From the IMG/VR virus record IMGVR_UViG_3300027805_000006: DNA of 64,000 bases. One strand, written 5' to 3'. Positions 56,395 through 64,000 of the stretch are shown here, one piece after another. The notes under the pieces were generated by a model, which was not told where the DNA came from, made no database searches, and saw only the letters and a list, made by a program, of their open reading frames with translations. Numbering within the stretch: position 1 is the first letter of the stretch; the number at the start of each line of letters is the position of its first letter. The position numbers were made by a program, and so were the translations under genes. Source of the DNA: a virus (lineage: Duplodnaviria > Caudoviricetes).

Positions 56395-56609
56395 TCCGAA
56401 ACTCCGAAATGTTGTTCAATATAAGCACCAGCCATTAGTTGACCAGCATATAGTTCATTATTCGTACCGCGATTATAACATTGGTTCAAGCATTCTTTAA
56501 TAATCAACTCAGCAAACTTTTCCGCAAACGAAACAGGATGTCCAAAGTCTGGACTTACCGCAGTTACTTCCCAAGCCTGTTCGGCAAGTTCTTTAACTCT
56601 CTCATTCAT
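56391..56609 (-). CDS. MNERI-family paralog 17
   Basis: MNERVKEL..EKFAELIIKEC..HFGVSE. Confidence 0.75.
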   Translation of the reverse strand: MNERVKELAEQAWEVTAVSPDFGHPVSFAEKFAELIIKECLNQCYNRGTNNELYAGQLMAGAYIEQHFGVSE

Positions 56610-56857
56610 TTTCCTGCTCCTTCAACTAGTGCCTGGAACTCATGCCAGTATTGAGGCATGCCCCAGGTTTCCTCTGTAGAGTTAGCCCACCTGTCAAATG
56701 TTCCATATCGCTCACTTACCTGGAATTGTCCATGCATATTCACCCGCCAATGTCGTCCATGACCCTTCCAGTTCAGACGACAGTTACGAAGCTTACGTCC
56801 TTCAGCGCGCAGCCCTGCCTTAGAAGCCCAATGGTGAATCTGCTTAGGCACTTTCAC
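56606..56857 (-). CDS. hypothetical protein
   Basis: ORF track; coupled. Confidence 0.55.
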   Translation of the reverse strand: MKVPKQIHHWASKAGLRAEGRKLRNCRLNWKGHGRHWRVNMHGQFQVSERYGTFDRWANSTEETWGMPQYWHEFQALVEGAGK

Positions 56858-57230
56858 GGTTTAACCTTTTATAGTAGGGTTTTTCAAGCGAGTGCCAAAA
56901 TAGATCAAAGTAGTCTTCAACTTGGTTGATATTATTAAACGAATTCATGTCAATATTAAAGAATGGCTTGTCACTGCCAAGATTAAAATTTACTGTAGCC
57001 ATAAACCCAAATTCTGGAAGGTTTAAGCGATAATCACTTGGATAATTTTTACGATCATAGCAATATACAGTAATAAAATACCGAATACCAGCCTCATCAT
57101 AAACTTCGCGCTGCACAATAAAATCAGCGTATTTATTTATCTCTTTGTTTGTCGATGAAAGAGGAAACTTTCGATACCCTCGGCTCAACCAATTTTCAAC
57201 AGTTAGTTTATTCATTTTTGATGCTATCAT
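56844..57230 (-). CDS. hypothetical protein
   Basis: ORF track. Confidence 0.6.
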   Translation of the reverse strand: MIASKMNKLTVENWLSRGYRKFPLSSTNKEINKYADFIVQREVYDEAGIRYFITVYCYDRKNYPSDYRLNLPEFGFMATVNFNLGSDKPFFNIDMNSFNNINQVEDYFDLFWHSLEKPYYKRLNRESA

Positions 57231-57627
57231 ATGATAGTCCGAGAGTCTTTAACATCTTCAGTTTAATAAGAAGGTTGGGCGATCTGAATTTTTCAGTATC
57301 GTAAAAACCTAGAATCGTTCCAATTTCGCATACTGCACCACTTCTGCAAACTCCAACCACGCAATGAACAACAACATTCATTCCAGAAGATAAAGCATGC
57401 GTCAGCAGTGAGCACAACTTCTCTATGTCCTCATCCTTCACCGAGTGCTTGCTAATTGGATCTTCTATGTCTAGAAATTTGAAGCCATGAATTTCTTTGA
57501 ATGACTTAAGAGGCTTTGGAAATTCCATGTCAGGATCAACAATTTGAATAAGCATCGAATTTTCTCCAGCATCAAAGTGTTGACCCCTTTCTATGTCAGT
57601 CAGAGAAACATTTTCAATCCAAGGCAT
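57208..57627 (-). CDS. protein-tyrosine/dual-specificity phosphatase-like protein
   Basis: VVHCVVGVCRSGAV (CX5R). Confidence 0.8.
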   Translation of the reverse strand: MPWIENVSLTDIERGQHFDAGENSMLIQIVDPDMEFPKPLKSFKEIHGFKFLDIEDPISKHSVKDEDIEKLCSLLTHALSSGMNVVVHCVVGVCRSGAVCEIGTILGFYDTEKFRSPNLLIKLKMLKTLGLSYDSIKNE

Positions 57628-57684
57628 TTTAAATCTTCTTAGTATTTGTTACCACTCCAGAACACGTTACTTAGCAATAATCTT

Positions 57685-58077
57685 TCAGTCTTCTGGCTTT
57701 GTGTGCTCATCACAAGCAGTATATAACCATCCTTTTCCACGCATTTTTCCCGGATTACCACAGGTTTCACATATTCTTCCACTCAAGTCTTCTGCAAAAG
57801 AAATATAAGCATCAGTTATTTCATCACCACCGTCGACATAAAAGCGAAGAGTGCCAAACTTTTCCTTCACCTGTGCGCAGATAACTGGCTCAATCTTTTT
57901 CCATTCTACCCTGCGTTGAATCTTTTCACAGAGCATGTCAATTAGGTCAAACCACCCATCATTGCACTCAATGTAAAACATAGCGAGTGGTGTTTTGTCA
58001 TTACTATCAGGATCTGCAATTCGCATGAAGATAGTTGGATACTTTTCTACGAGCAGTTTTGTTTTTTCTGGAGACAT
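57685..58077 (-). CDS. conserved phage protein (QVKEKFGTLRFY, CETCG)
   Basis: ORF track. Confidence 0.7.
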   Translation of the reverse strand: MSPEKTKLLVEKYPTIFMRIADPDSNDKTPLAMFYIECNDGWFDLIDMLCEKIQRRVEWKKIEPVICAQVKEKFGTLRFYVDGGDEITDAYISFAEDLSGRICETCGNPGKMRGKGWLYTACDEHTKPED

Positions 58078-58087
58078 ACTATTTCAC

Positions 58088-58399
58088 TTATTGAATTTTT
58101 TGCCAACCTACAGGCATACATAGAAAAAGTTCCTCATCAACCTTTACAATATCGCCAACACAAATCGATCGCTGGAAACCAAACAAGCGGTTACGCTCAG
58201 TTGAACGGCTAGGGTTGTTTGAAATGTCAAATACTTCTTCTGCTGCATCAACCCCGTGCTTTTCAGTTTGTGCTGCGCAAACACTTTTATATTTACCTTC
58301 TCCCCACACTTTATCTACGTAAGTAATGAATTTGCTTTGCCATAGAAACTGAGAAATATCCACTGATTTATCAAAAAAAAAGATATTTACTGAAGACAT
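58088..58399 (-). CDS. hypothetical protein
   Basis: GGGGG RBS; start trimmed to MSSVN. Confidence 0.55.
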   Translation of the reverse strand: MSSVNIFFFDKSVDISQFLWQSKFITYVDKVWGEGKYKSVCAAQTEKHGVDAAEEVFDISNNPSRSTERNRLFGFQRSICVGDIVKVDEELFLCMPVGWQKIQ

Positions 58400-58418
58400 A
58401 TCACCCCCTAACGTTGAC

Positions 58419-58658
58419 TTACTCTTCTTCTGTATCGTTTGGCGACTCTTTGAAATGCCCCTTTGCAATAAGTTGCTCAAAGGTGCTAAACAACTTTTCA
58501 AACTTCATTTGATACAGAGTTTTCATTCCAAGAAGGACATTTGCCAATTCATCCTCGGACATACGACGCTCGCAGGAGGTCTCAAACAACATGTCGATGT
58601 CATCAACAACGCCCCAGCACTTCATGATTTCCTGCTCAAGATCAAATCGGTTAGCCAT
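58419..58658 (-). CDS. conserved phage protein (RFDLEQEIMKCW)
   Basis: AGGAG RBS. Confidence 0.7.
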   Translation of the reverse strand: MANRFDLEQEIMKCWGVVDDIDMLFETSCERRMSEDELANVLLGMKTLYQMKFEKLFSTFEQLIAKGHFKESPNDTEEE

Positions 58659-58660
58659 TT

Positions 58661-59068
58661 TTATACTCCTTTTTCTGTGATTAAATTATAACCAGAGAAG
58701 TCATCCACTTCAAAGACTTTTTTGGTTGTGTATTCCTTAATTTTCTCAAGCACTTCCTCGTGCATCACATCTTCAAACTCAACTTTGTCAAAGGCGATTC
58801 TACCGTTAACACCTCGCTCGAATGCTTCTTTAAAGTAGTTCTCTCGCTTTTCCTTGTTTACCCAGCGGAAAGCCTTTCCGTTAATGATGTCAATAACTTC
58901 CATTTCATACACTTTGTGCGTCTGCGTGTCGATAATAATTGAAGCAGACAGTCCTTCCTTCAGGTCACTGTCAATATAATACGCATTTGGACCATAGCAT
59001 GACCAACAGAACTCACTTCCACCAGTAATCCGATAGTTGATAGCATCCAAGAATTTCTGTATTAACAT
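58661..59068 (-). CDS. conserved phage protein (YRITGGSEFCWSCYG)
   Basis: GGAG RBS. Confidence 0.7.
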   Translation of the reverse strand: MLIQKFLDAINYRITGGSEFCWSCYGPNAYYIDSDLKEGLSASIIIDTQTHKVYEMEVIDIINGKAFRWVNKEKRENYFKEAFERGVNGRIAFDKVEFEDVMHEEVLEKIKEYTTKKVFEVDDFSGYNLITEKGV

Positions 59069-59070
59069 TT

Positions 59071-59280
59071 TTACTCCAATGTCAAAACTTCAAAGTCAAC
59101 ATATTCATATGTGCCTTGCTTGCTCAAAGTATGAACGAGGGCCCGCGCCTTTTCTTTACTGTCAACAGCGTGCAAAATATGGCGATCAACGGCGCATCCT
59201 GGCAAACCAGGAAATGGCTTTTGATCGCCAAACACAATAAAGACTTCCATCGTTGCAACTTCCTGCATAGTATTTCCCAT
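59071..59280 (-). CDS. hypothetical protein
   Basis: ORF track; start uncertain. Confidence 0.5.
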   Translation of the reverse strand: MGNTMQEVATMEVFIVFGDQKPFPGLPGCAVDRHILHAVDSKEKARALVHTLSKQGTYEYVDFEVLTLE

Positions 59281-59308
59281 GCTTGAATACGGTGGTCTTA
59301 GAGAGAAT

Positions 59309-59368
59309 GGGGAGGTGCTACTGGACCAGTCGTTTCACCGCCGAGATCACTCAACGGAGCACCTCCCC
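59309..59368. other. 11-bp GC stem closing a 38-nt loop (intergenic)
   Basis: GGGGAGGTGCT...AGCACCTCCCC. Confidence 0.6.
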
Positions 59369-59379
59369 AACTCAATACT

Positions 59380-59700
59380 TCAAGAAGCCTGCACAGGAGC
59401 GACTTCCGCCGGCTGCTCAACCACGGGAGTGGTTTGAGCCTGCAGCCGAGCAGCGACCTTCGTGCGCAGCGTGGCAACCTTCAACTTCTTGAGGTCAGCA
59501 CGTTGGCCAACCTTGAGCGTCACAGCCTGCTCGAGCAACTTGGCAAAGTCAGCAGCCTTGCCTTCAATCACAGCGTGGTTCCAAACCGGTCCAAAGGAGA
59601 AGCGCTTGCGCGCAGCACGCTGAGCAACCGACTTCGGCACCACGGGGGTGACGGCAACTTCCACTTGGGCAACTTCAACAGTTTGAGTGACTTCATTCAT
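59380..59700 (-). CDS. Ala/Val/Lys-rich early protein
   Basis: AGGAG RBS; behind a promoter. Confidence 0.65.
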   Translation of the reverse strand: MNEVTQTVEVAQVEVAVTPVVPKSVAQRAARKRFSFGPVWNHAVIEGKAADFAKLLEQAVTLKVGQRADLKKLKVATLRTKVAARLQAQTTPVVEQPAEVAPVQAS

Positions 59701-59763
59701 TTTCAAAACTCCTTAATGATTGACGTTTCAGAGAATTCGGTTATTTGTTTAACCGATGAAGCC

Positions 59764-59792
59764 ATTATACATCAACCAGAAGTCTTGTAAAC
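59764..59792 (-). promoter_or_regulatory. early promoter GTTTAC-N17-TATAAT (TG-extended)
   Basis: Exact T4 early-type match. Confidence 0.82.
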
Positions 59793-59826
59793 AACTTTTT
59801 CGTAACAAGAAATAAGATTGTAACAA

Positions 59827-59844
59827 TGTATCAAAAATGATACA
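59827..59844. promoter_or_regulatory. palindrome TGTATCA-AAAA-TGATACA (operator-like)
   Basis: Reverse complement of the 39056-39073 motif. Confidence 0.6.
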
Positions 59845-59845
59845 T

Positions 59846-60328
59846 TTAGGAGCCCAGCCGCTGCTCAATCCACCGGACAATTGCCTGCTGCAGCATGGGC
59901 TTGAGGTCTTCTTTGTTGAGGACCAGTCGCTCGTCAAAAGCCAATTCACCATCGGCAGTTACATCGGCGGCCCCGCTGCTGCAGAAGCAGTCCATAAGGT
60001 CAAGCGTGGCGTGCTCAAGTGCCTCATCAAAATCAACTATGCCAACAAGATTTTCAAGCGTGCTTTCAAGTTCATCAACCCGCTGAAGTAGTTGATTTCT
60101 TTCTGACCTAGCAATTGCTAGGTCAATCGCCATTGTCTTCAGCGTCTGGTTCATGCTTGATAAAACATCTGACGCCTGCTGGATAAGACTTGGCAAATCT
60201 TCAGCAATTACGGCTATACCATTACCGCCAGGGGCAGTAATGGCTCCCATGCTTCCGTCGATGATGACCTGCTGTAGGCTTTGAAGGTTTGACTGCTCTT
60301 CATTTTTTCGGCTTACAATCGTTGGCAT
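59846..60328 (-). CDS. hypothetical coiled-coil protein
   Basis: AGGAG RBS. Confidence 0.65.
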   Translation of the reverse strand: MPTIVSRKNEEQSNLQSLQQVIIDGSMGAITAPGGNGIAVIAEDLPSLIQQASDVLSSMNQTLKTMAIDLAIARSERNQLLQRVDELESTLENLVGIVDFDEALEHATLDLMDCFCSSGAADVTADGELAFDERLVLNKEDLKPMLQQAIVRWIEQRLGS

Positions 60329-60330
60329 TT

Positions 60331-60654
60331 TTACTCCTTGATATAACCGACCTTTGCTTCAGTGCCTGGAGGACATAAAGAAATTAGATAATCTAGTTCC
60401 TCTTGAGATACATCCACTGGATCAACTGGGGGAAACCGATTTAGAAACTTCTCTTCGTCCATCTGCCCCCTAAAGCCCGGTCCAGCGTACTGTACCTGAT
60501 CAGGCCGCCGACGGATAACTGTCACATATGTATTCTTTTCTTCGTCTAGATAAATTTGACCCGCTGAAACACCAAAGTTTGCTTGAAAGTTCATTTTTAC
60601 CTCAAGGTAGTGGAAGGATAAAATATTGTAGTCTATCCTTCCACCCTTGTACAC
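60331..60654 (-). CDS. hypothetical protein
   Basis: ORF track; likely start at MNFQAN. Confidence 0.6.
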   Translation of the reverse strand: MYKGGRIDYNILSFHYLEVKMNFQANFGVSAGQIYLDEEKNTYVTVIRRRPDQVQYAGPGFRGQMDEEKFLNRFPPVDPVDVSQEELDYLISLCPPGTEAKVGYIKE

Positions 60655-60667
60655 CTGCGAATTTAGG

Positions 60668-63436
60668 TTATGTAACTGTAATAGTTATTGTACCTGTTGT
60701 TGCACTTCCAGGAACGTTTAGATTTCTGTCTGTTACGTTCAGAGTAAATGTATAGATTCCAGGAGTAGATGGAGTTCCTAGAATAATTACATCCCCATTG
60801 CTTCCTTGATTTGCTATTAGGCTTGTGCCTGGAGGTATTGCTCCAGAAGCAATCGTATAACTTGAAATTCCATTACCAAAGCCAGAAGTAACATATGCTA
60901 CTGTCTTTCTTGGAGAGGTATACGTTGCTATTGGGCTACCAGATGCAAATGTCCAGTTGGTTGTTGCAACTGTAAATGCTGAAGAATTAACAACAAGATT
61001 TGTTGACCCAGATGCACTTCCACCGGAGTTTGTAACTGTCATCGACAATAAACCGGCTGAACCTAGAGTTATCTCACCGCTATAAGAAATATTGCCACCG
61101 CTAAAATTGTATGTACCATAACCGGTAAATGCAATTCCACCGCTAACAGTATATGTTCCAGGAGCAGTTGGTCCACCACTTACTGTAATTGAAGTTACAG
61201 TACCTGTGTATGTTCCAAGTGCAAATGTTCCAGCACCATCTAGGCGTGCAGTTGCTGAGGTAGTTGCTAGCATACTTAAAGTAGGTGCTGGCGCAGGTGC
61301 AGGTGCTGGCGCAGGTGCTGGCGCACTTGCAATAACAGTTACTGAACGAGTAGCAACTGAATATCCCACTGCATTCGTGGCTCTCATCCAAACATTATGG
61401 ACACCAGGAGGTAGAGATGCAACAACTGATGCACCTGCCGCACTTGTCTGATCAACACTACCATTTCCTGTAAAGTCCCATTCAATTGTTGTTGGAGAAT
61501 TTGCAGAAGTATCAGTAAACGTAATAGACGCTGGGTTTCCTATTGCAGGGTTTGGACTTACTGCGAAACTTGCTATTGGCAATCCTGCGGGAACTGTTCC
61601 ACTAGCTACAGTAATATACGCAATTTTTGTAAGAACGTCTGAACCACCAGAGTTGGATGCACGTACTCTAACGCTATATTTTCCTGCTGTATAGTATTTG
61701 TAAGTTGGTATTGTCACAAATGGATAAACAAACGGAGTGAAATTACCATTTCCTTCAAAATCAAATTCTATAAGAGATGGTGAACCAGTTCCTGTCCATG
61801 AAAATGTAACTAGACCACCAGATGCAGGGGAAACAGTATTTGCGGTAAAATCAACTATTGGTGCTGGTGTAAATGCCACATTAGCAAATGGAGCAGAAGT
61901 TCCTGCAGCATCAGTACCGGCAACATATGTCAATGGGGCTGGAAACAGATCTATGTTGGATATACCATACGCTGTTCTATCTCTAATTACCTGCACGTTC
62001 ACAGTAGAAGAACCAGTAAGACCTACATCTGATTGTAGCCGAACATCTACGTTGAAACTACTCCCACTTGCAGAACCAGTAATCATTATGCCATTTGCCC
62101 CCGATGTTTTATTCACCAGTGTTGATAAAGACGAGATTGCATTTATTAGACCTACAGCACTTGGTACTGCAGACATTACTAAAGGAATAATATTACCAAA
62201 TGACCGTGTTTTATCTGCTGTAACTCTAAAATACGCGTTTGCGTCATCGATAAATGCCTTGAATGCAGTATCAGCAGCTGTTGGTGATGGGCCATGTGTA
62301 TATACAATTTGAATTTGAATTGCATTTCCGCCATAGATGAATGCATCACGATCAGCAACTGAAGTAAAGTTAAATTTTGTGTTTACATATGCAGTTCCAC
62401 CAGTCCAACTTCCTGAGCGAATGCAATGTAACTGTGATACTACTTCAGGAGAAAATGATGTTACAGTGCTTGAATTGCCAGCAATTCCTCTTAGAGAATA
62501 TCGATTTTCTTCTGCAAGTTGAAGTGTGTTTGCTGTTTCTGTATATGCACCAAACATTGTAATTGAACCAAACTTACGACTCATTCTTCTTTCTAGAGAA
62601 GGATACCGTACATCATTTGCTGGGAGTGCTAACAGGTCAGCAGGTGCTTGTCTGCCGTCCTGAACAAATGGGATTGAACTGATGCTTTCAACAGCGGCAG
62701 TAGGTAAATCTAGTCTGCTTACTGCCCATTTTGCAGCAGCAAGCAACTTATCCCAATCCTGTGAATATGGTTGAGCCTCAAGTTGGGGTACTGTTATAGG
62801 AATCGCAATATTAGCATCGCTATTAAAAGCGGTATTTAGGTCAGAATCTAGTGCAGTAAAATCTGTTAGATTGTTAATGAACTTTCCTACTGCACCATTA
62901 CCCCCAGTTATTGCTGGGTCATCAATTAACTGACCTACAACTTCACGTATTGCATTATATTCATATCTTACACCATCTGCTTCCACCTGTGGCCAAATTT
63001 GATTCCAGCCCCCATTTCCTGTACCAACAGGAAAACGTCCTAGACCGGTATAAACATAAAGAACAGCGCTGTTGTTTCCTGTGCGCTCGAGCCATAGGTC
63101 ACCAGTGGTTGGAGATCCAGGTGCTGGATCTCCAGGTGAAGTAAAACTTATCGTTCCCATTGTTCTCCACGTGATGGGAACTGTTGATGTACATAATTTT
63201 AGAACCTCAGCAGCAGAGTCATACCAAAGTTGCCCTGCAGTGGGGTATAAAGGAGCAGTTGAATCTGCAAAGTTCTCAAGCAGCCTCAACAGGTTTTCTT
63301 GCTGTGCTTTACCGTAGTTTGCAGCGCCTTTGCCAGTTAGCACGAGTGATGTTGCAGTTGTTACAGTAGAAGCAACAGGCACTGAAATAGAAGTCTTTCC
63401 TACAATGGTAGGATTTTTCCAGACTAGAGTATACAT
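60668..63436 (-). CDS. virion structural protein with two PKD domains and C-terminal Ig-like domain
   Basis: ENLLRLLENFA N-terminus; DF..G..YSVRVRASN and WDFTGNG..VWMRATN; LPPG-like PPGTSL..GTP..PGIYTFTL; GTAAATA upstream. Confidence 0.72.
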   Translation of the reverse strand: MYTLVWKNPTIVGKTSISVPVASTVTTATSLVLTGKGAANYGKAQQENLLRLLENFADSTAPLYPTAGQLWYDSAAEVLKLCTSTVPITWRTMGTISFTSPGDPAPGSPTTGDLWLERTGNNSAVLYVYTGLGRFPVGTGNGGWNQIWPQVEADGVRYEYNAIREVVGQLIDDPAITGGNGAVGKFINNLTDFTALDSDLNTAFNSDANIAIPITVPQLEAQPYSQDWDKLLAAAKWAVSRLDLPTAAVESISSIPFVQDGRQAPADLLALPANDVRYPSLERRMSRKFGSITMFGAYTETANTLQLAEENRYSLRGIAGNSSTVTSFSPEVVSQLHCIRSGSWTGGTAYVNTKFNFTSVADRDAFIYGGNAIQIQIVYTHGPSPTAADTAFKAFIDDANAYFRVTADKTRSFGNIIPLVMSAVPSAVGLINAISSLSTLVNKTSGANGIMITGSASGSSFNVDVRLQSDVGLTGSSTVNVQVIRDRTAYGISNIDLFPAPLTYVAGTDAAGTSAPFANVAFTPAPIVDFTANTVSPASGGLVTFSWTGTGSPSLIEFDFEGNGNFTPFVYPFVTIPTYKYYTAGKYSVRVRASNSGGSDVLTKIAYITVASGTVPAGLPIASFAVSPNPAIGNPASITFTDTSANSPTTIEWDFTGNGSVDQTSAAGASVVASLPPGVHNVWMRATNAVGYSVATRSVTVIASAPAPAPAPAPAPAPTLSMLATTSATARLDGAGTFALGTYTGTVTSITVSGGPTAPGTYTVSGGIAFTGYGTYNFSGGNISYSGEITLGSAGLLSMTVTNSGGSASGSTNLVVNSSAFTVATTNWTFASGSPIATYTSPRKTVAYVTSGFGNGISSYTIASGAIPPGTSLIANQGSNGDVIILGTPSTPGIYTFTLNVTDRNLNVPGSATTGTITITVT

Positions 63437-63520
63437 TCATCTTCCTTTCACCGGCTTGAAAATATGGCGTGGTGCAACCGGTTTTAAGCATCCACTGCTT
63501 ATTTACGCGGAAAAGACAAA

Positions 63521-63538
63521 GGGGGTCTTAAGACCCCC
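63521..63538 (-). terminator. intrinsic terminator after phoH
   Basis: GGGGGTCTTAAGACCCCC followed by TTTGTCTTTT on the minus strand. Confidence 0.75.
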
Positions 63539-63559
63539 ATTATTGCTAAAGTTTCCTCC

Positions 63560-64000
63560 TTATGCTCGTAGGATAGATGGTTCTTGAGAAGACCTCTGTG
63601 TTTTGGTCTCAGGAGAATCAAGGTATGTTAGGAGTTCCCTAACTATCTCTGAGCGCACGCAGTCCTGATTTGTAAAGCGAATAACATTTATATTGCGGCT
63701 GACGCCTGCCAATTTTCTGCTTATCCACCTTAGTCCATTCTCACTGCCACCACGTAAATCACTTTGAGTATCATCTCCATTAATGGCAAACTGACTGTAT
63801 TCACCAATCCGTGTCACAAACAACTTCATTTGCTCTACAGTTGTGTTTTGCGCCTCATCTAGAATGACATAACAGTTGTTGAAGGTACGACCCCTCATAT
63901 AGGCAAGAGGCGCAAATTCAATTTTGCCACTGTCAAGAAGTTTCTTTGACATAGTTGGACCAACTAGGTCATTCAAAGCATCTAGTAATGGGAGAAGATA
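63560..64000 (-). CDS. phoH: PhoH-family ATPase, 5' partial
   Basis: PLAYMRGRTF..ILDEAQN..TRIG..GD..QSD..RS. Confidence 0.92.
   Translation of the reverse strand, partial: YLLPLLDALNDLVGPTMSKKLLDSGKIEFAPLAYMRGRTFNNCYVILDEAQNTTVEQMKLFVTRIGEYSQFAINGDDTQSDLRGGSENGLRWISRKLAGVSRNINVIRFTNQDCVRSEIVRELLTYLDSPETKTQRSSQEPSILRA

Noticed and set aside
59309-59368. Hammerhead ribozyme or tRNA
   Set aside because: No CUGANGA core with a paired stem II; too short for a cloverleaf and no T-loop consensus.
1-64000. tRNA, rRNA, integrase or transposase genes; holin
   Set aside because: No convincing signatures found by eye; small TM ORFs (29138, 44015) lack lysis-cassette context. tRNAscan-SE would be the decisive check for tRNAs.

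Overview
This is a 64-kb slice of a large lytic myophage genome distantly related to T4-type phages. Two-component spanins imply a Gram-negative host. I found no tRNA, rRNA, CRISPR array, integrase or reverse transcriptase by eye. Layout: 1-6.5 kb (+) tail, lysis and baseplate genes (spanins, M23+GH108 lysin, PAAR); 6.5-15.5 kb (-) probable head-internal proteins behind TAAATA late promoters; 15.5-31 kb (-) replication module (gp41 helicase, primase, RNase H, clamp, family B polymerase); 31-38 kb (+) double-AAA and peptidase-vWA pair; 38-60 kb (-) dense early region of small ORFs behind GT(G/T)TAC-N17/18-TAnAAT promoters; 60.6-64 kb Ig/PKD virion protein and a partial phoH. Three observations stand out. 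(1) At least 17 paralogous 'MNERI..FAELIV.EC..HFGVEE' mini-genes carry exact 130-, 107- and 59-bp shared blocks, consistent with half-gene shuffling through a conserved core, and a junction that doubles as the next gene's RBS. (2) The DNA polymerase is fractured at its YGDTD/S active site by a Ser1/Ser+1 split intein, with a free-standing endonuclease between the halves. (3) A putative head polyprotein has small domains joined by a nucleotide-identical 18-bp 'QDVAEG' linker, next to late-expressed ligase-like and nucleotidyltransferase-like proteins. All family assignments come from motif recognition, not database searches.
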